64,000 nt of DNA from an uncultured Spirochaetota bacterium (GCA_963783575.1 CAWAOD010000014.1:64001-128000), one strand, 5' to 3'; numbered from the stretch's first letter, positions 19,844 through 31,699 are shown. The notes: generated by a model not told the origin, from the sequence alone. Program-made: numbers and translations.

Positions 19844-20359
19844 TTAAAGAGCTATCCAGTATCTTTGCTTAATTTTGTCTCCTTCAGTAACTTCATTTTC
19901 AAGAACACCTCCGTTAGCTATTATTGTTTTAGCTGAAGCGATGTTATCATTATCACAAGTAATAAGAATTTTTTTTATATTCATTTCAAAACATTTTCTT
20001 AATGCCAGATTTAGCATTATCTTTGCATATCCCTTCTTACGTTCTGATGGGCGGATTCCATATCCTATATGCCCTCCATAGTTGAACAGATAGTCATTTA
20101 ATATATGACGTATTTGTATTCCTCCTATTATTTATCCAAAATCATTTATCATAAAATACGAGCTTGCAGTGACCAAATCAGAAGGACAGGTTTCCTTTTT
20201 TTGAAAAGATAAGACATAATTCAACCGCGTTTTATAATCCTTATCTAATTGATTTATAAAACCCGGAACAATTTTTTCACCAGAATTCTTAAACTCATTA
20301 ATATAATCATTAAATGAAGATTCCATTTCTAATTCTGGGAAGACGAGCTTAAAACCCAT
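19844..20359 (-). pseudogene. GNAT acetyltransferase (COG3981-like) with an in-frame TAA at 20132
   Basis: The same frame continues IIGGIQIRH..GGHIGYGIRPSERKKGYA..ITCDNDNIASAKTIIANGG..RYWIAL*. Confidence 0.8.
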
Positions 20360-20573
20360 ATGATTTTATACCTCTTTATTACTAATTATTCTATTTATCC
20401 TTGGTTGGAACTTTTATCCAAATTTCAATAATTGTCTTTCATCAATAGGATATTATCCCACAATTAATCCAACAATCCAAAATAACAAAAATATCATTCA
20501 GAACCACCTCCAATCTTATTATTTCCCTTTATTATCAAAATTCCCTTGAGTCTGGCAAAGCTGTAAAAAGGGA

Positions 20574-20595
20574 AAGCAGGCAAAGCAAGGGGGAA
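20574..20595. repeat. 22-bp repeat AAGCAGGCAAAGCAAGGGGGAA, copy 1
   Basis: Identical copy at 21244-21265. Confidence 0.8.
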
Positions 20596-20639
20596 ATAAC
20601 AAATATCTATTATAATGGAAAATTCCGATTTATATACCT

Positions 20640-21138
20640 GTTTATATTGAACTAATAAAATAGATAACCATAATTATAAAGATAAAAATATTTGAAACCA
20701 GAGTAATTTTTTCATTAAACTCTTTCGGTTTATTTATAATATGCTGGATTCCAGCAAACCCTAAAAAAAGACCTCCCAAAAGAGCCCTACTATTCTCCAT
20801 GAAGGAACAAATATTGAAATTATTCCTACCAGCCCCATACTAATATTTGCAAAGCCTAATTCCTTAATAATGACGTAGCTTTCTGTCGTCTTCATATTAA
20901 AAATATTAATAGCTGTATATGAAGGAGAAATTGACTGCCTCAAACCTGCCGTAAAAAGTCTTATCCCAACCCAAAAAACAAACCATTTGCCAATTAAAGA
21001 CATAATTCCTTGATTACTTTTAGTTAACAATATTTCTAAAACAATAGAAATTATTGGCAGCATCAGCATTAACATAATTACGGAAAATAAGTAAAAATTG
21101 AAAGATCTTCTTTTCGTATTAACCATATATAACTCCAT
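20640..21138 (-). pseudogene. DUF6790-like membrane protein, frameshifted near 20780 (3' end approximate)
   Basis: GKWFVFWVGIRLFTAGLRQ and ELGFANISMG motifs; continuation GGLFLGFAGIQH..FNEK in a shifted frame. Confidence 0.55.
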
Positions 21139-21243
21139 TTTACCAAATTTACAAAAAGATACAACCTTTATAATATAAATGGTATAGTTATTTGAAAGTC
21201 AATAACATAACTTTTATAAGTTCTTCCGGTTATCTCATAAGTT

Positions 21244-21265
21244 AAGCAGGCAAAGCAAGGGGGAA
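21244..21265. repeat. 22-bp repeat, copy 2
   Basis: Identical to 20574-20595. Confidence 0.8.
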
Positions 21266-21396
21266 GAGCTACTTACTATTATTGAAATAGCCCTGTGTCC
21301 TCTGTAGATTGAGAATATCATTCTGTTTTATAATAGATAAAACCATTTCTTCTCTGGGTTTGAAATTATCAGCAAGTTCAAATTCATTAATATGCT

Positions 21397-21699
21397 TCAA
21401 TAATGTGCCGTCTTTATGCTCAAAAAATGTTTTAATAGATAATTGATATACAAAAGAGTTAACGGCGGTCTTCTTATTAAGACTATTGTGAAATTTTCTG
21501 GAATGATAACTATCTCTAATTCCACATCACCCGATGGCGTTCCTCTCGATATAGTATGAATCAATCTTTCATTTTGGAATAATATTTCCTGTGTTACAGC
21601 TATTGGGTCAATCTTCTTCATAAAATCCACTTTTGAAATTTCATTAAAAGCCTTTTCTCTGGAGCAGTTCAAAATTATTTCTTCATTTATCTTAGGCAT
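21397..21699 (-). pseudogene. SRPBCC-like hypothetical protein, probably frameshifted at the 3' end
   Basis: AAGGAG RBS; MPKINEEIILNCSREKAF N-terminus. Confidence 0.4.
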
Positions 21700-21729
21700 A
21701 ATGGCTTCTCCTTATTATTAGTTATTTTA

Positions 21730-22197
21730 TCAATAATTCAATGATAAAACTTTTCTAAGAGCAGGAACGGGAAGTCCCGATTTTTCAACCAAAACCTTAA
21801 GCTCTCCAGCAAGAAAGTTCATTTCATCAGGTGCTTGAGAAACATGATAGACCCCGCCAATTTCTAATAATTTTGTTTTCAGCAAAATTCGTAAAATTCC
21901 AACTATAATGAAACGAGGAATAATATAAACGATATTTGTTTCTTTAAGAAATATTCTATATCCGAGAGCCTTGATAACAGAATATGATTCCCGTGTTGCG
22001 TCCACCATAAGTTTTAAGTCTTCGGTAGATTTGGCCAATTCTCGTACATTCAATTTATATTTCATAACCAATAGGGCTATTCCAGCCTTGTATAATTCAG
22101 TAGCGCATGCACAACCATTTACACCAGCGCCTATCACAAGTATTCTTGCATTATCGGTTTTTATTATATGAATCCTAATAAAAATATAATTGAGCAT
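21730..22197 (-). pseudogene. Ketopantoate reductase-like gene with a large internal deletion
   Basis: RILVIGAGVNG Rossmann start joined directly to a C-terminal helical domain (..APDEM..LAGEL..GLPVPAL). Confidence 0.5.
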
Positions 22198-22270
22198 ATG
22201 TATTTTTTCTTTTTGCGACTAATTGTTGTTCAAATTTAGACAAAATTAACTTATTAAACTGGCAATTGGC

Positions 22271-22314
22271 AATTAAATGGCACTTCTTCAAAAATGAGCA
22301 AGTGCCATTTAATT
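22271..22314. terminator. Long hairpin or terminator downstream of the SDR gene
   Basis: AATTAAATGGCACTT...AAGTGCCATTTAATT, 15-bp perfect arms. Confidence 0.7.
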
Positions 22315-22370
22315 TTATTGTAAACATTCAACTTGTTATTGTGTATCGTGGTTTGCTAATTATAATGTTT

Positions 22371-23090
22371 TTATTTTATTCTCATACCTCCGTCACACTC
22401 AATAACAGTTCCTGTCATATAAGTATTTTCAAGAAGTAATAAAATTGCTTGAGCTATATCTTCTGGCTGCCCAATACGACCTACTGGAGTATTGGCTGCA
22501 ATTTGAGCAAACATTTCTTCACGTTGTTCTTTAGTCCATGTATCCCACCATGAAGTCTCGATTATACCAGGAGAAACAGCATTTATACGCATTGGTTTGA
22601 TTTCCAGTGCTAAAGTTGGAATCATAGACTCTAATGCACCATTAATAGCCGCAAGACCACTGGTACCAGCAAAAGAACTGCGTGCTGAACCAGCAGTAAC
22701 AAGTACTATTGATCCATTATCTCTAAGTGTTTCTAAACCAAATTGAATAGCCATAAAATAAGTAAAAAATTTTGCATTAAAAGCCTCTTTTAATAATTCA
22801 CTATTCAAATTTTTAAAGGGTCCACCTCCACCTTTCCCGCTGATTGATAACACTAAATGGTCAAAATTTCCTAAATTCTTGTAAAAATTTTTTAATGCTT
22901 CAGATGATATTGCGTCAACAATGACTCCTTTTGTTGTGCTAGGTAATTCAGCAATAGCACTCTTTAATTTTTCTGGATTTCTTCCGGTAATTACTACTAT
23001 TGCTCCAGCAGAAGTAATTAGTTTTGCCGTTGCTAATCCAATTCCTGATGTCCCTCCCATAATTACAACTTTTTGGTTTTTTAAACTCAT
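22371..23090 (-). CDS. Short-chain dehydrogenase/reductase
   Basis: GGTSGIG, RINAVSPG, GRIGQPEDIA, DGG. Confidence 0.92.
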   Translation of the reverse strand: MSLKNQKVVIMGGTSGIGLATAKLITSAGAIVVITGRNPEKLKSAIAELPSTTKGVIVDAISSEALKNFYKNLGNFDHLVLSISGKGGGGPFKNLNSELLKEAFNAKFFTYFMAIQFGLETLRDNGSIVLVTAGSARSSFAGTSGLAAINGALESMIPTLALEIKPMRINAVSPGIIETSWWDTWTKEQREEMFAQIAANTPVGRIGQPEDIAQAILLLLENTYMTGTVIECDGGMRIK

Positions 23091-23204
23091 AACTATGCCT
23101 CCAAAATTAAATTATTGACATTATAACTCATATAGACTATAATTACAAGTATGCACTTTTATGTAAGTTAGTATATAATATATACCTTAATTAAGGAGAA
23201 AATT

Positions 23205-23534
23205 ATGAAAGAATTCATTTGTTCATTAGATACTGCTATGTATATGATTGGTGGAAAATGGAAATTATTTATAATCTGGAACTTAAAAGATGAAAAAAAA
23301 AGGTTCAACCAACTATTAAAAATTATTCCCAATATAACTCAAAAAATGCTTACTCAACAGTTAAGAGAATTAGAAAGAGATAATATTGTTAACAGGAAAT
23401 TATACCCTCAGATACCACCAAAAGTTGAATACAGTTTATCTGAAATTGGAAAGAAGCTTATTCCTATTATAACAAGCCTTTGTTTATGGGCATACGAGAC
23501 TGCTGATATTAATAATTTTAAAATTAATAATTAA
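23205..23534 (+). CDS. HxlR-family winged-helix regulator, divergent from the SDR gene
   Basis: IGGKWK..RFNQL..ITQKMLTQQLRELE..PPKVEYSL. Confidence 0.92.
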   Translation: MKEFICSLDTAMYMIGGKWKLFIIWNLKDEKKRFNQLLKIIPNITQKMLTQQLRELERDNIVNRKLYPQIPPKVEYSLSEIGKKLIPIITSLCLWAYETADINNFKINN

Positions 23535-23745
23535 TTTAATATAACGAAATAATTACAAATTTTGTCATATAAATCTTGTTAGATGCAATAGTATCTATTA
23601 TATTTGTAGAATTTGATTAATTGAAGTAAATTAATGATTGATAAGTTTCACAAAGTAAATTATTTAAATTTATTTTCTAATTCTTGATACAAATATCTAG
23701 ACTTCATCTATCACTAATGATTTTATCAATAATAAAGATTAGATA

Positions 23746-24918
23746 TTAACTTTTTAATATATTCATACCCTGTTCAGTTATTTTAAGAATATTGTCCTTT
23801 ACCAGTAGTTTATTTTCAAAAAGTTTCTCGATACAATTTTCAACCGCTTTTTTTAAACCTCTATTATTATTAATTCCGAATCCCTTCAAAAATATATTCT
23901 GGCTTGTATCCAGTTTTGAATATGCTAATTTCTTTAGATTGTCTACAGAGGCAAATTCATTATCCTTAATGAGTGTAAGCAGAAATCTGGTATATTGATT
24001 AACTTTAAACCTTTCATAGATTCCGAAACGGTATTTGGAAAGGTCAATTTCTTCTGAATTTGTGCTTTTAATAATATCAATTATTAATTCAACAGCACTT
24101 TTACAGATAATTAAAGCAACAACTAAACCCACAAAAATATCAAGCCACACAAATTTTAATACAGCCGCGGTGAGACCTATTAAAACACCAATCGCAGTAA
24201 TTACATGATTCCTTGAATCAATTGATTGAGTTAATAATGGAGATGAGTGTGTCCTTATACCCACAAAACGCTGATAAAAAAACAATAATCCGCATAATAC
24301 TGCTGAAATAAGCGCCGCTAAAAAAGTAAATTTGCTTATCTCAAGTTTTCCAGGTTGAAATATCCTTATTATCGCTTCGAAAAGAGTAATAGTACCAGTA
24401 ATTACAATAAAAAAGACCAATATATAGTTGGTAATCTTTTCTTTTTTAGTCCGAATACCAATCAAGACAATTAGGCTTGCAATAAAATCGGCCAGGGTAT
24501 CCAGAGAATCATTTAAAAGACCTATACTTCCCGATATAATTGCGGCAGGAAACTTTATGCATGCCAGAACAATATGTGTTATTAAAGTTAATTTGGAAAC
24601 CAGAGTAGGTGATAATATTTTCACAAAAAACTTTTTACTTTGATTCATTTGCTTATATAGAAATTGTGCTTCCGCCATTCCTTTATCGGTTAACTGATAT
24701 TTATCTCCCTGTTTAATAACCCAATTCATACCTTCGAGTTCTTCAATTTTTTCTTTAATCCATTCAGAAAAGGTTTTGTTTGATTTTTTCATTACTGTCT
24801 TATTGAAACTAAGAAAACCAAATCTTATGCCTATTTCATTAAAGTATCTCTCTATATCTGATAAACTGCCAGATCCATTGATTAATGAAATTGCAACTAC
24901 ACGGTTTTCATCACTCAT
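23746..24918 (-). CDS. Cation diffusion facilitator (CDF)-like membrane protein with extra N- and C-terminal domains
   Basis: SGSIGLLNDSLDTLAD (TM2), DSRNHV (TM5), WLDIFVG (TM6). Confidence 0.75.
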   Translation of the reverse strand: MSDENRVVAISLINGSGSLSDIERYFNEIGIRFGFLSFNKTVMKKSNKTFSEWIKEKIEELEGMNWVIKQGDKYQLTDKGMAEAQFLYKQMNQSKKFFVKILSPTLVSKLTLITHIVLACIKFPAAIISGSIGLLNDSLDTLADFIASLIVLIGIRTKKEKITNYILVFFIVITGTITLFEAIIRIFQPGKLEISKFTFLAALISAVLCGLLFFYQRFVGIRTHSSPLLTQSIDSRNHVITAIGVLIGLTAAVLKFVWLDIFVGLVVALIICKSAVELIIDIIKSTNSEEIDLSKYRFGIYERFKVNQYTRFLLTLIKDNEFASVDNLKKLAYSKLDTSQNIFLKGFGINNNRGLKKAVENCIEKLFENKLLVKDNILKITEQGMNILKS

Positions 24919-25063
24919 AATAGAGAACTCCTGATAGCTTGGACTGTAAAAATATATTAAAACTGATAGGATAAATTATAATAAACCGAAATAAAAACCA
25001 CAAAAAACAATTATTAATAAGTATTGAAATCAAGATAAGAAAAATAACTAAATATTGATTGAA

Positions 25064-25113
25064 ATGGGAAAAATTGTTTTTCATTACCCTTGTAAATTAG
25101 TCATACATTTCTA
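25064..25113 (-). mobile_element. Degenerate orphan IS21-type end
   Basis: ATGGGAAAAATTG..TTACCCTTGTAAATTAGTCATACATTTCTA resembles 10818-10866. Confidence 0.6.
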
Positions 25114-25135
25114 TTGATGCTGGCGTAGAAGACAA

Positions 25136-25741
25136 TTATTTATCATTATTAAAATTTTCATACAATCTCATAATTAATTGATTTGAAAAAATAAAAAATA
25201 GAGGAACTATTACAATAATAATGTATGAAACTAACATTGATATAAAAGTAAAGATAATTGAAAGTGAATATAAAACAATTGGTGATAGATGAATAATTAT
25301 AACGATGTTTCGAGCTCTCTTTGAAATTTCTTTAGAATTTTCTTTTAACGATGTAGAATATATCCAAAAAATAGTACCAGTAATATTTACACAAGATAAA
25401 CTTATTGCATATCAGCATATTACAAATTGATTAAATGGGTATTCTCCTAGCATACCAGTGGGATATGGGAGAAAGCAAATAAACATAAGAGTAAATAAAT
25501 TAAGCCAAAGAGCTGTTCGATTAATTTTTTTTATAGGATCCATCATACTATGATGAGCAACCCAATACATTCCAATTATTATAAAGCTAAGAACGAAAGC
25601 AAGAAGTTTAGGAAATTGATTTATTGATGCTTGTAAGATTTTATCTGGTGATACAATAGGGATTTTTAGTTCAAAAATTAATATTGTAATTGCTATTGCA
25701 AATACTCCATCACTAAAAGCTTCCATACGTGATTTATTCAT
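25136..25741 (-). pseudogene. TMEM175-family K+ channel (DUF1211) with an in-frame TGA at 25412
   Basis: RMEAFSDGVFAIAITIL and YWVAHH signatures; the frame continues past the TGA through more TM helices to TAA at 25136. Confidence 0.8.
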
Positions 25742-26254
25742 TATTATTCCTCAATATAAATATTTTGGTCCGACCTTTATCTTTCAACTACCCATTATCA
25801 ACTTTCTAAAACTTTATGATTCCTAAAATAGTACTACCAGCACCAATGACAACAATAATTACTCCTAAATTATTTCATTATAAATCTAAATGTAAAAGTA
25901 TTCAAGTTCAATATATCCAGTATGGCAGGTCAGACTTAATTGAATAAATAATAAAAACAGAGGGTACCAGATGTCAGACTTAGGGGATTATTATTTGTGA
26001 AAATATTTTATTTTCACAATAAAGTGTGGGAAATTATTCAAAATTATAATGATTTCATGACAATTATGGTTGAAAATTTATTATTAATTTGCCCTTCATT
26101 GCACGTTTGCTGCCATAGGGTCATAAAAGGGTGGATTATCGATTACATATCTGATATTGAATTAAGAATGAAGTTATTTCAGGTTCAGGAACAGTTAAAA
26201 TAACGAATTATACCAATAGCAAATTAGTAGGAGAATTGTATTGGCTCAAATACC

Positions 26255-27489
26255 TCACATCCCGTAATAATAATTCGAGATTACCAGGAGTGCCGGCTTA
26301 ATGATTATCTGTCCTGAAGGGTCGGCGATTATCAGGAATTGCGAAAGCCGCCACTTCTCATAGCTGAAGTTATCGTTATACGTAATTGAATTCTCGATCA
26401 GCACCCTTGGGTCGTATCCCGCTACCATGCCAGCAAAGCTGTTCGTAAAATACTGAAAGAATTTATCGTAAGCGTTGGCCTGGTTCTGGTAGTCCCAGGG
26501 GATGCTTGACAACTCCGCTTCCGTCATATTAAAAATGCTGTTGTCCCAGCCGGCCTGAAGTATATTTGTCGTAGCCAGGAAGACGAACTCCTCGAAGAAT
26601 ATTTTTTTCCCGTATTGCATGACCAACGGCGATAGCATTGAGTACATGTCGTATCCCGGAAATCCAGGGCCGCTATACTCAACGTTTGAATAGAGATAAT
26701 TGGCGGTGTAATCCGCGAACATTCCAGGAAGGCCGGGCCAAGTCGGGTAGAAACTGAGACCGATAAAATCGAGAGCGTCCCAGAAGCCGACAGTGCGAAA
26801 GTCGCTTGGGATAGTCTGATAGAGGCGCACCGATGCGCCATAGGTGAGTTTGCCTGAAAAAATCGTTCGGATTCCGGCGATGATGCCCCTCCATGTGGAA
26901 TCGTTCACACCCCCGGTCAATCCGTCGGCTTCCGTACCGACAGAAAAGATGCTCACCCCATTAGTCTGTGCCATTTGAGCGAAAGAATTCAACTGTGCAG
27001 TGTAGTCAGTAAAGAAATTGCTGATATTAAAGGTCGGATAGGGGGGGAGCTGTAATCGGCAACATTTCCGACACTGGTCGGACCTCCCGGAGCCAGGGGA
27101 TTATAGATCGATGTCATCGGCTTGATCATGACATTAAGATTCTTTTGACTAATAAGTCTGATCACTGGAATAAGATGTTCCGGATGAATGGAGATGTCAC
27201 TACCATAGATCGGCGCAGAATTGAGGTAGTGTCCATTCGTATCGAAGGGAATGTTGTAGGCTATACAGATCGTGTTTGCGCCGCTCGCTTTGGCCAGATC
27301 AATGAGCTTGCCGATGACATTTAGGTTCGATAAACGGTCTCTGGACCACGCATCCAGAACAATGGACTTAACCATTGTTCCTGACTGGGAAATTGTATTG
27401 GTTCCCAGTGAAGAACCTTTATTCATTGAGGGCTGTGGAAAACAACCGGCATATAAAACAGCCAGGAATAGAATTAAAACTTGTTTCAT
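26255..27489 (-). pseudogene. GH113-like (beta-mannanase-type) lipoprotein split by a frameshift in the G7 run at 27041-27047
   Basis: Lipobox YAGC; VMIKP, SVGTE, WRGIIAGIR..GKLTYGA, FWDALDFIG and KIFFEE motifs; one extra base joins the two ORFs; GC-richer than flanks. Confidence 0.7.
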
Positions 27490-28147
27490 AATTACTTCCA
27501 ATCTTAGAATGTCTCTGAGAGTAAATATTTATATAAAGCATGGCAAAGCATATTAATTACTGAAGAAGTTTCATTCTAAAGAGAACTATTTTGAATATGC
27601 AAGCCGAATTCTTTTATATAATTAAAAAAAACCCGGAATCGGTATATAAGCTGTGTTATTTTTTAAGCATAATTGACCATGGCGAGAAAAATGCCTCTGT
27701 CATTTTAATCAAAATAATTTAAATAATGTAAAATGTTAATTTTTTTCTTTTCATCATATTTTACCAAATCGGGGATTTTATTATATTCCTCCATAAAAAA
27801 CTCCAATTTAAGTTATTAATAAGAAAAAATTAAAATCCCACTGGCAGAAATTCTAATCTGCAAGTTAAATATTGTCAAAAAAGGTGTCACTTTCAAAATT
27901 CCCTGTGAGCTTAAGAACGATGGATTGGAAACTTAGTTATAACTTCATAGGTTATTTAGGAAATGAATTTTCTTCTCAATCATATCGCTTTACAAAACCC
28001 GCATAAATGGCGATTTAATATACAATAAATACTTTATTTAGTTGAAATAATTGGAAATAACCGTTATAATCATGTTTTATTATACTGTGTTTTCCAATCG
28101 TAAGGAAACTTGTTATAATAATTGTTTATTGGTTAAAATAAGAATTT

Positions 28148-29916
28148 ATGGCATTTAAATGGATCTGGTCTTATCTGAAGAACTACCGGTTCAGGCCCCA
28201 ATCGGGCTTCTGATGGCCCTGGTTGTCTCGATTTTAAATATGGTCAATCCCTATTTGTCGGGAATCATTGTTGACAGAGTCATAATCGGCGGACAGAGGA
28301 ATCTATTGACCGTCATACTGTCCGTGATGATCGGCGTAACGGTGGTAAAGTCGCTGATGCGTTATACCTATCAATTGATCTATGAAACAATTTCACAATC
28401 CATAATTTTAAAAATACGCAGGAATCTTTATGCCAAGGTCCAGGAACTGGATTTTGATTTTTTTGACCGTACCAAGACCGGGGACATCATGACAAGGATG
28501 ACCGGCGATATAGACGCCGTCAGGCATTTCGTCGCTTGGGTGATTTATATGGTCTTTGAAAACGCCTCCGTATTTATCCTAGCCATGGCAATGCTTTTTA
28601 TCATCAATTATAAACTTGCCTTGCTGATGGCCGCTGTAACACCGTTAATAGGTTTTTTTACTTACAAATTCGCGGGGGCTGTCAAACCGACATTTATGGC
28701 GATCCGGAACCAGTTTTCCAGGCTGAATACCGTTGTCCAGGAGAATATCAGCGGAAACCGTGTCATTAAAGCCTTTGCTCGCGAGGATTATGAGATCGAG
28801 AAGTTTTCAAAGGAGAATTATGATTATTATCAGAAAAATATCGAGTCTGCAAAAGTCTGGGAAAGATATCTGCCTGTTCTCGATTCGCTCGCCGGTATTC
28901 TGACTATAGTTTTATTGCTGGCAGGGGGCATAATGGTGATCCGGAAAACATTGACACTGGGAGAACTGGTCACATTCAGCAGCTTTATCTGGGCTCTAAA
29001 CAATCCGATGCGTATGGCCGGGTGGCTTGTAAACGATATCCAGCGCTTTGCCGCCTCGGGGGAAAAGATCATCGACCTGCTTAAAACGGAACCCGGGATA
29101 AAAAACGACGCCGGCTATCAGATTAAAGAGCCAATCCGGGGCGAGGTGATTTTCAAAGATGTTTCATTCAGTTACCGGGATGAGCCTGTACTTGAAAATA
29201 TATCATTTAAAGCAGTTCCAGGCCAGACCATCGCGATCATCGGAGCGACGGGTTCCGGCAAGTCCACGCTAATCAGCCTGATCTGCAGATTTTATGACTG
29301 TGATAAGGGTGAAATCCTGATTGACGGCAAACTAATCCGGAACATTGATCTGAAAACCCTCCGTAATCATATTTCCGTGGCTATGCAGGATATATTCCTG
29401 TTTTCAGACACGATTGAGGGAAACATTGCTTACGGTGTTCCGGAGGCGAGCGATGACGATGTGAAATGGGCGGCCGGGGTCGCGGAAGCGGATGATTTCA
29501 TCGATGATTTTCCGGAAGGCTACGATACCATCATCGGTGAACGGGGAGTGGGTCTTTCAGGCGGCCAGAAGCAGAGGATAGCCCTTGCCCGGGCGATATT
29601 GAAAAATCCGTCAATACTGATACTGGACGATACGACATCCAGCGTGGATATGGAAACGGAACACAGGATACACAACACCCTGCGTTCCTATTACCGTGAT
29701 AAAACCACTTTTATCATAGCACATAGGATTTCTTCGGTAAAGAACGCCGACCAGATATTGGTTCTGGACGGTGGAAGAATAATTGAACACGGGAGGCATG
29801 AGGAATTGATCGGGAAAAAGGGTTATTATTACCAGGTTTATATCAGCCAATACGGTGACTTTGATAATATCTACTCTAGCAGCACTGTTTTGGAAGGTAC
29901 CTATGGCAAGGAATAA
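28148..29916 (+). CDS. ABC exporter half-transporter (TMD+NBD), MdlA-like; true start 28148 with an apparent frameshift near 28195
   Basis: MAFKWIWSYLKNYRFR in the upstream frame; GATGSGKS, LSGGQKQR and degenerate Walker B ILDD. Confidence 0.9.
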
Positions 29917-31699
29917 ATTCGATATAGATGAGGAACTGGAATCGAAGTTCAATATCCATCATTTTATACGTTTAGTAGGTTATATCAGGCCGTTTTTAGT
30001 TCCCATCATAATCACTGTTTTACTAATGCTGATAGCCAGCGCTGCTGCTCTGACCGGGCCTTATTTAATGAAGGTCGCCATTGATGACAAGATTCCGGGG
30101 GGCGATATCAAAGGCCTGATAGAAATCTCTTCGCTTTTTTTATTTTTACTGATTGTCAGCGGTGTGTGCCTCTTATTCCGGATTCGCATGATGACACATG
30201 TGGGGCAGAGCGTCATAAAAAACATCCGTTACGATCTGTTCACGCATCTCCAGAAACTGCCTTTCAACTACTACGATTCCAGACCGCATGGCAAAATACT
30301 GGTGAGGGTGGTGAATTATGTAAATTCGCTCTCCGACCTTCTCTCAAATGGAATGATCAATCTTGTAACGGACCTTTTCAGCCTGTTCGTAATAGTGGTT
30401 TTTATGCTTCTGATCGATGTTCACCTGACCCTTGTCAGCCTGGCCGGACTTCCGGTATTAATCGCCATCACTATGATACTGAAGAATATGAACCGCGAGG
30501 CCTGGCAGGCTGTCAGCAGAAAGCAGTCCAATCTAAACGCCTATATTCATGAATCCATCACTGGCGTCAAGGTTATACAATCCTTTGCGAGGGAAGAGGA
30601 AAATCACAGAATATTTAAAAAGCTTCAAATGGAATACCGTAAAAAATGGATGAAGGCAGTTGCGATTAATTTCGCGCTATGGCCGTTTATCGAAAATATT
30701 TCAGTTCTGGTTGTATCCCTTGTTTACATGGTTGGAATAAGCTGGCTGGATAAAGGGATTACGGTCGGCATCCTGGTCGCATTTATAGGCTACATTTGGA
30801 GGTTCTGGCAGCCGATTCAAAACATCGGTAATTTCTACAACCAGATCGTAATAGCCGCCGCTTATCTGGAGCGGATTTTTGAGACCATGGATGAGGACGT
30901 TCTTGTGAAGGACCGTCCGGATGCGCCAGAGATGCCCCTGATCCGGGGGAATGTCGAGTTCAGCCATATCGATTTTGCTTATGAATCCGGCCAGCCGGTG
31001 CTCCGTGACATCAGCTTTACCGTAAATCAGGGGGAATCCATCGCCCTGGTCGGGCCTACAGGCGCCGGCAAAACAACCGTAGTGAATCTTCTCAGCCGTT
31101 TTTATGAAACGGAAACGGGAAGAATTTTGATCGATGGAATGGAGATCAAGTCATCGACATTGAAATCTCTCAGGAAGCAAATGGGAATCATGCTTCAGGA
31201 TACCTTTCTGTTTTCCGGGACTATTATGGACAATATACGTTACAGCCGTCTGGATGCAACGGATGAGCAAGTAATGGAAGCGGCGAAGGGAGTCTGCGCG
31301 CACGATTTTATAATAAAAATGAGGGATGGCTACCAAACCCAGATCAATGAAAGGGGAACAAGACTTTCCGCCGGGCAGAAACAGCTGATCTCATTCGCCA
31401 GGTCGCTTCTGGCCGATCCGCGAATCCTGATCCTGGATGAGGCCACATCCAGTATAGATACACAGACAGAAATGGCCCTGCAAAAAGGCCTCGCGAGGCT
31501 TCTGGCCGGGAGGACTTCTTTCATTATTGCACACAGGCTTTCGACTATAAAGAACTCCGACCGGATTTTTTATATCGACCATGGAAAGATCATTGAAGAG
31601 GGGAATCATCAGGAATTGATCGGAAGAAAGGGAGCTTATTACAAACTTTACCAGTCACAATACAGCTTTTTGGGTTCAAGTGCAAAAATCAAAAAATGA
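29903..31699 (+). CDS. ABC exporter half-transporter (TMD+NBD), MdlB-like partner
   Basis: Start MARNKFDIDEEL; GPTGAGKT, LSAGQKQ, ILDEATS, IAHRLSTI. Confidence 0.92.
   Translation: MARNKFDIDEELESKFNIHHFIRLVGYIRPFLVPIIITVLLMLIASAAALTGPYLMKVAIDDKIPGGDIKGLIEISSLFLFLLIVSGVCLLFRIRMMTHVGQSVIKNIRYDLFTHLQKLPFNYYDSRPHGKILVRVVNYVNSLSDLLSNGMINLVTDLFSLFVIVVFMLLIDVHLTLVSLAGLPVLIAITMILKNMNREAWQAVSRKQSNLNAYIHESITGVKVIQSFAREEENHRIFKKLQMEYRKKWMKAVAINFALWPFIENISVLVVSLVYMVGISWLDKGITVGILVAFIGYIWRFWQPIQNIGNFYNQIVIAAAYLERIFETMDEDVLVKDRPDAPEMPLIRGNVEFSHIDFAYESGQPVLRDISFTVNQGESIALVGPTGAGKTTVVNLLSRFYETETGRILIDGMEIKSSTLKSLRKQMGIMLQDTFLFSGTIMDNIRYSRLDATDEQVMEAAKGVCAHDFIIKMRDGYQTQINERGTRLSAGQKQLISFARSLLADPRILILDEATSSIDTQTEMALQKGLARLLAGRTSFIIAHRLSTIKNSDRIFYIDHGKIIEEGNHQELIGRKGAYYKLYQSQYSFLGSSAKIKK

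Noticed and set aside
20551..20600. c-di-GMP-I riboswitch-like GGCAAA...GCAAAG
   Set aside because: The paired stems and GAAA tetraloop arrangement are missing; explained by the 22-bp repeat.
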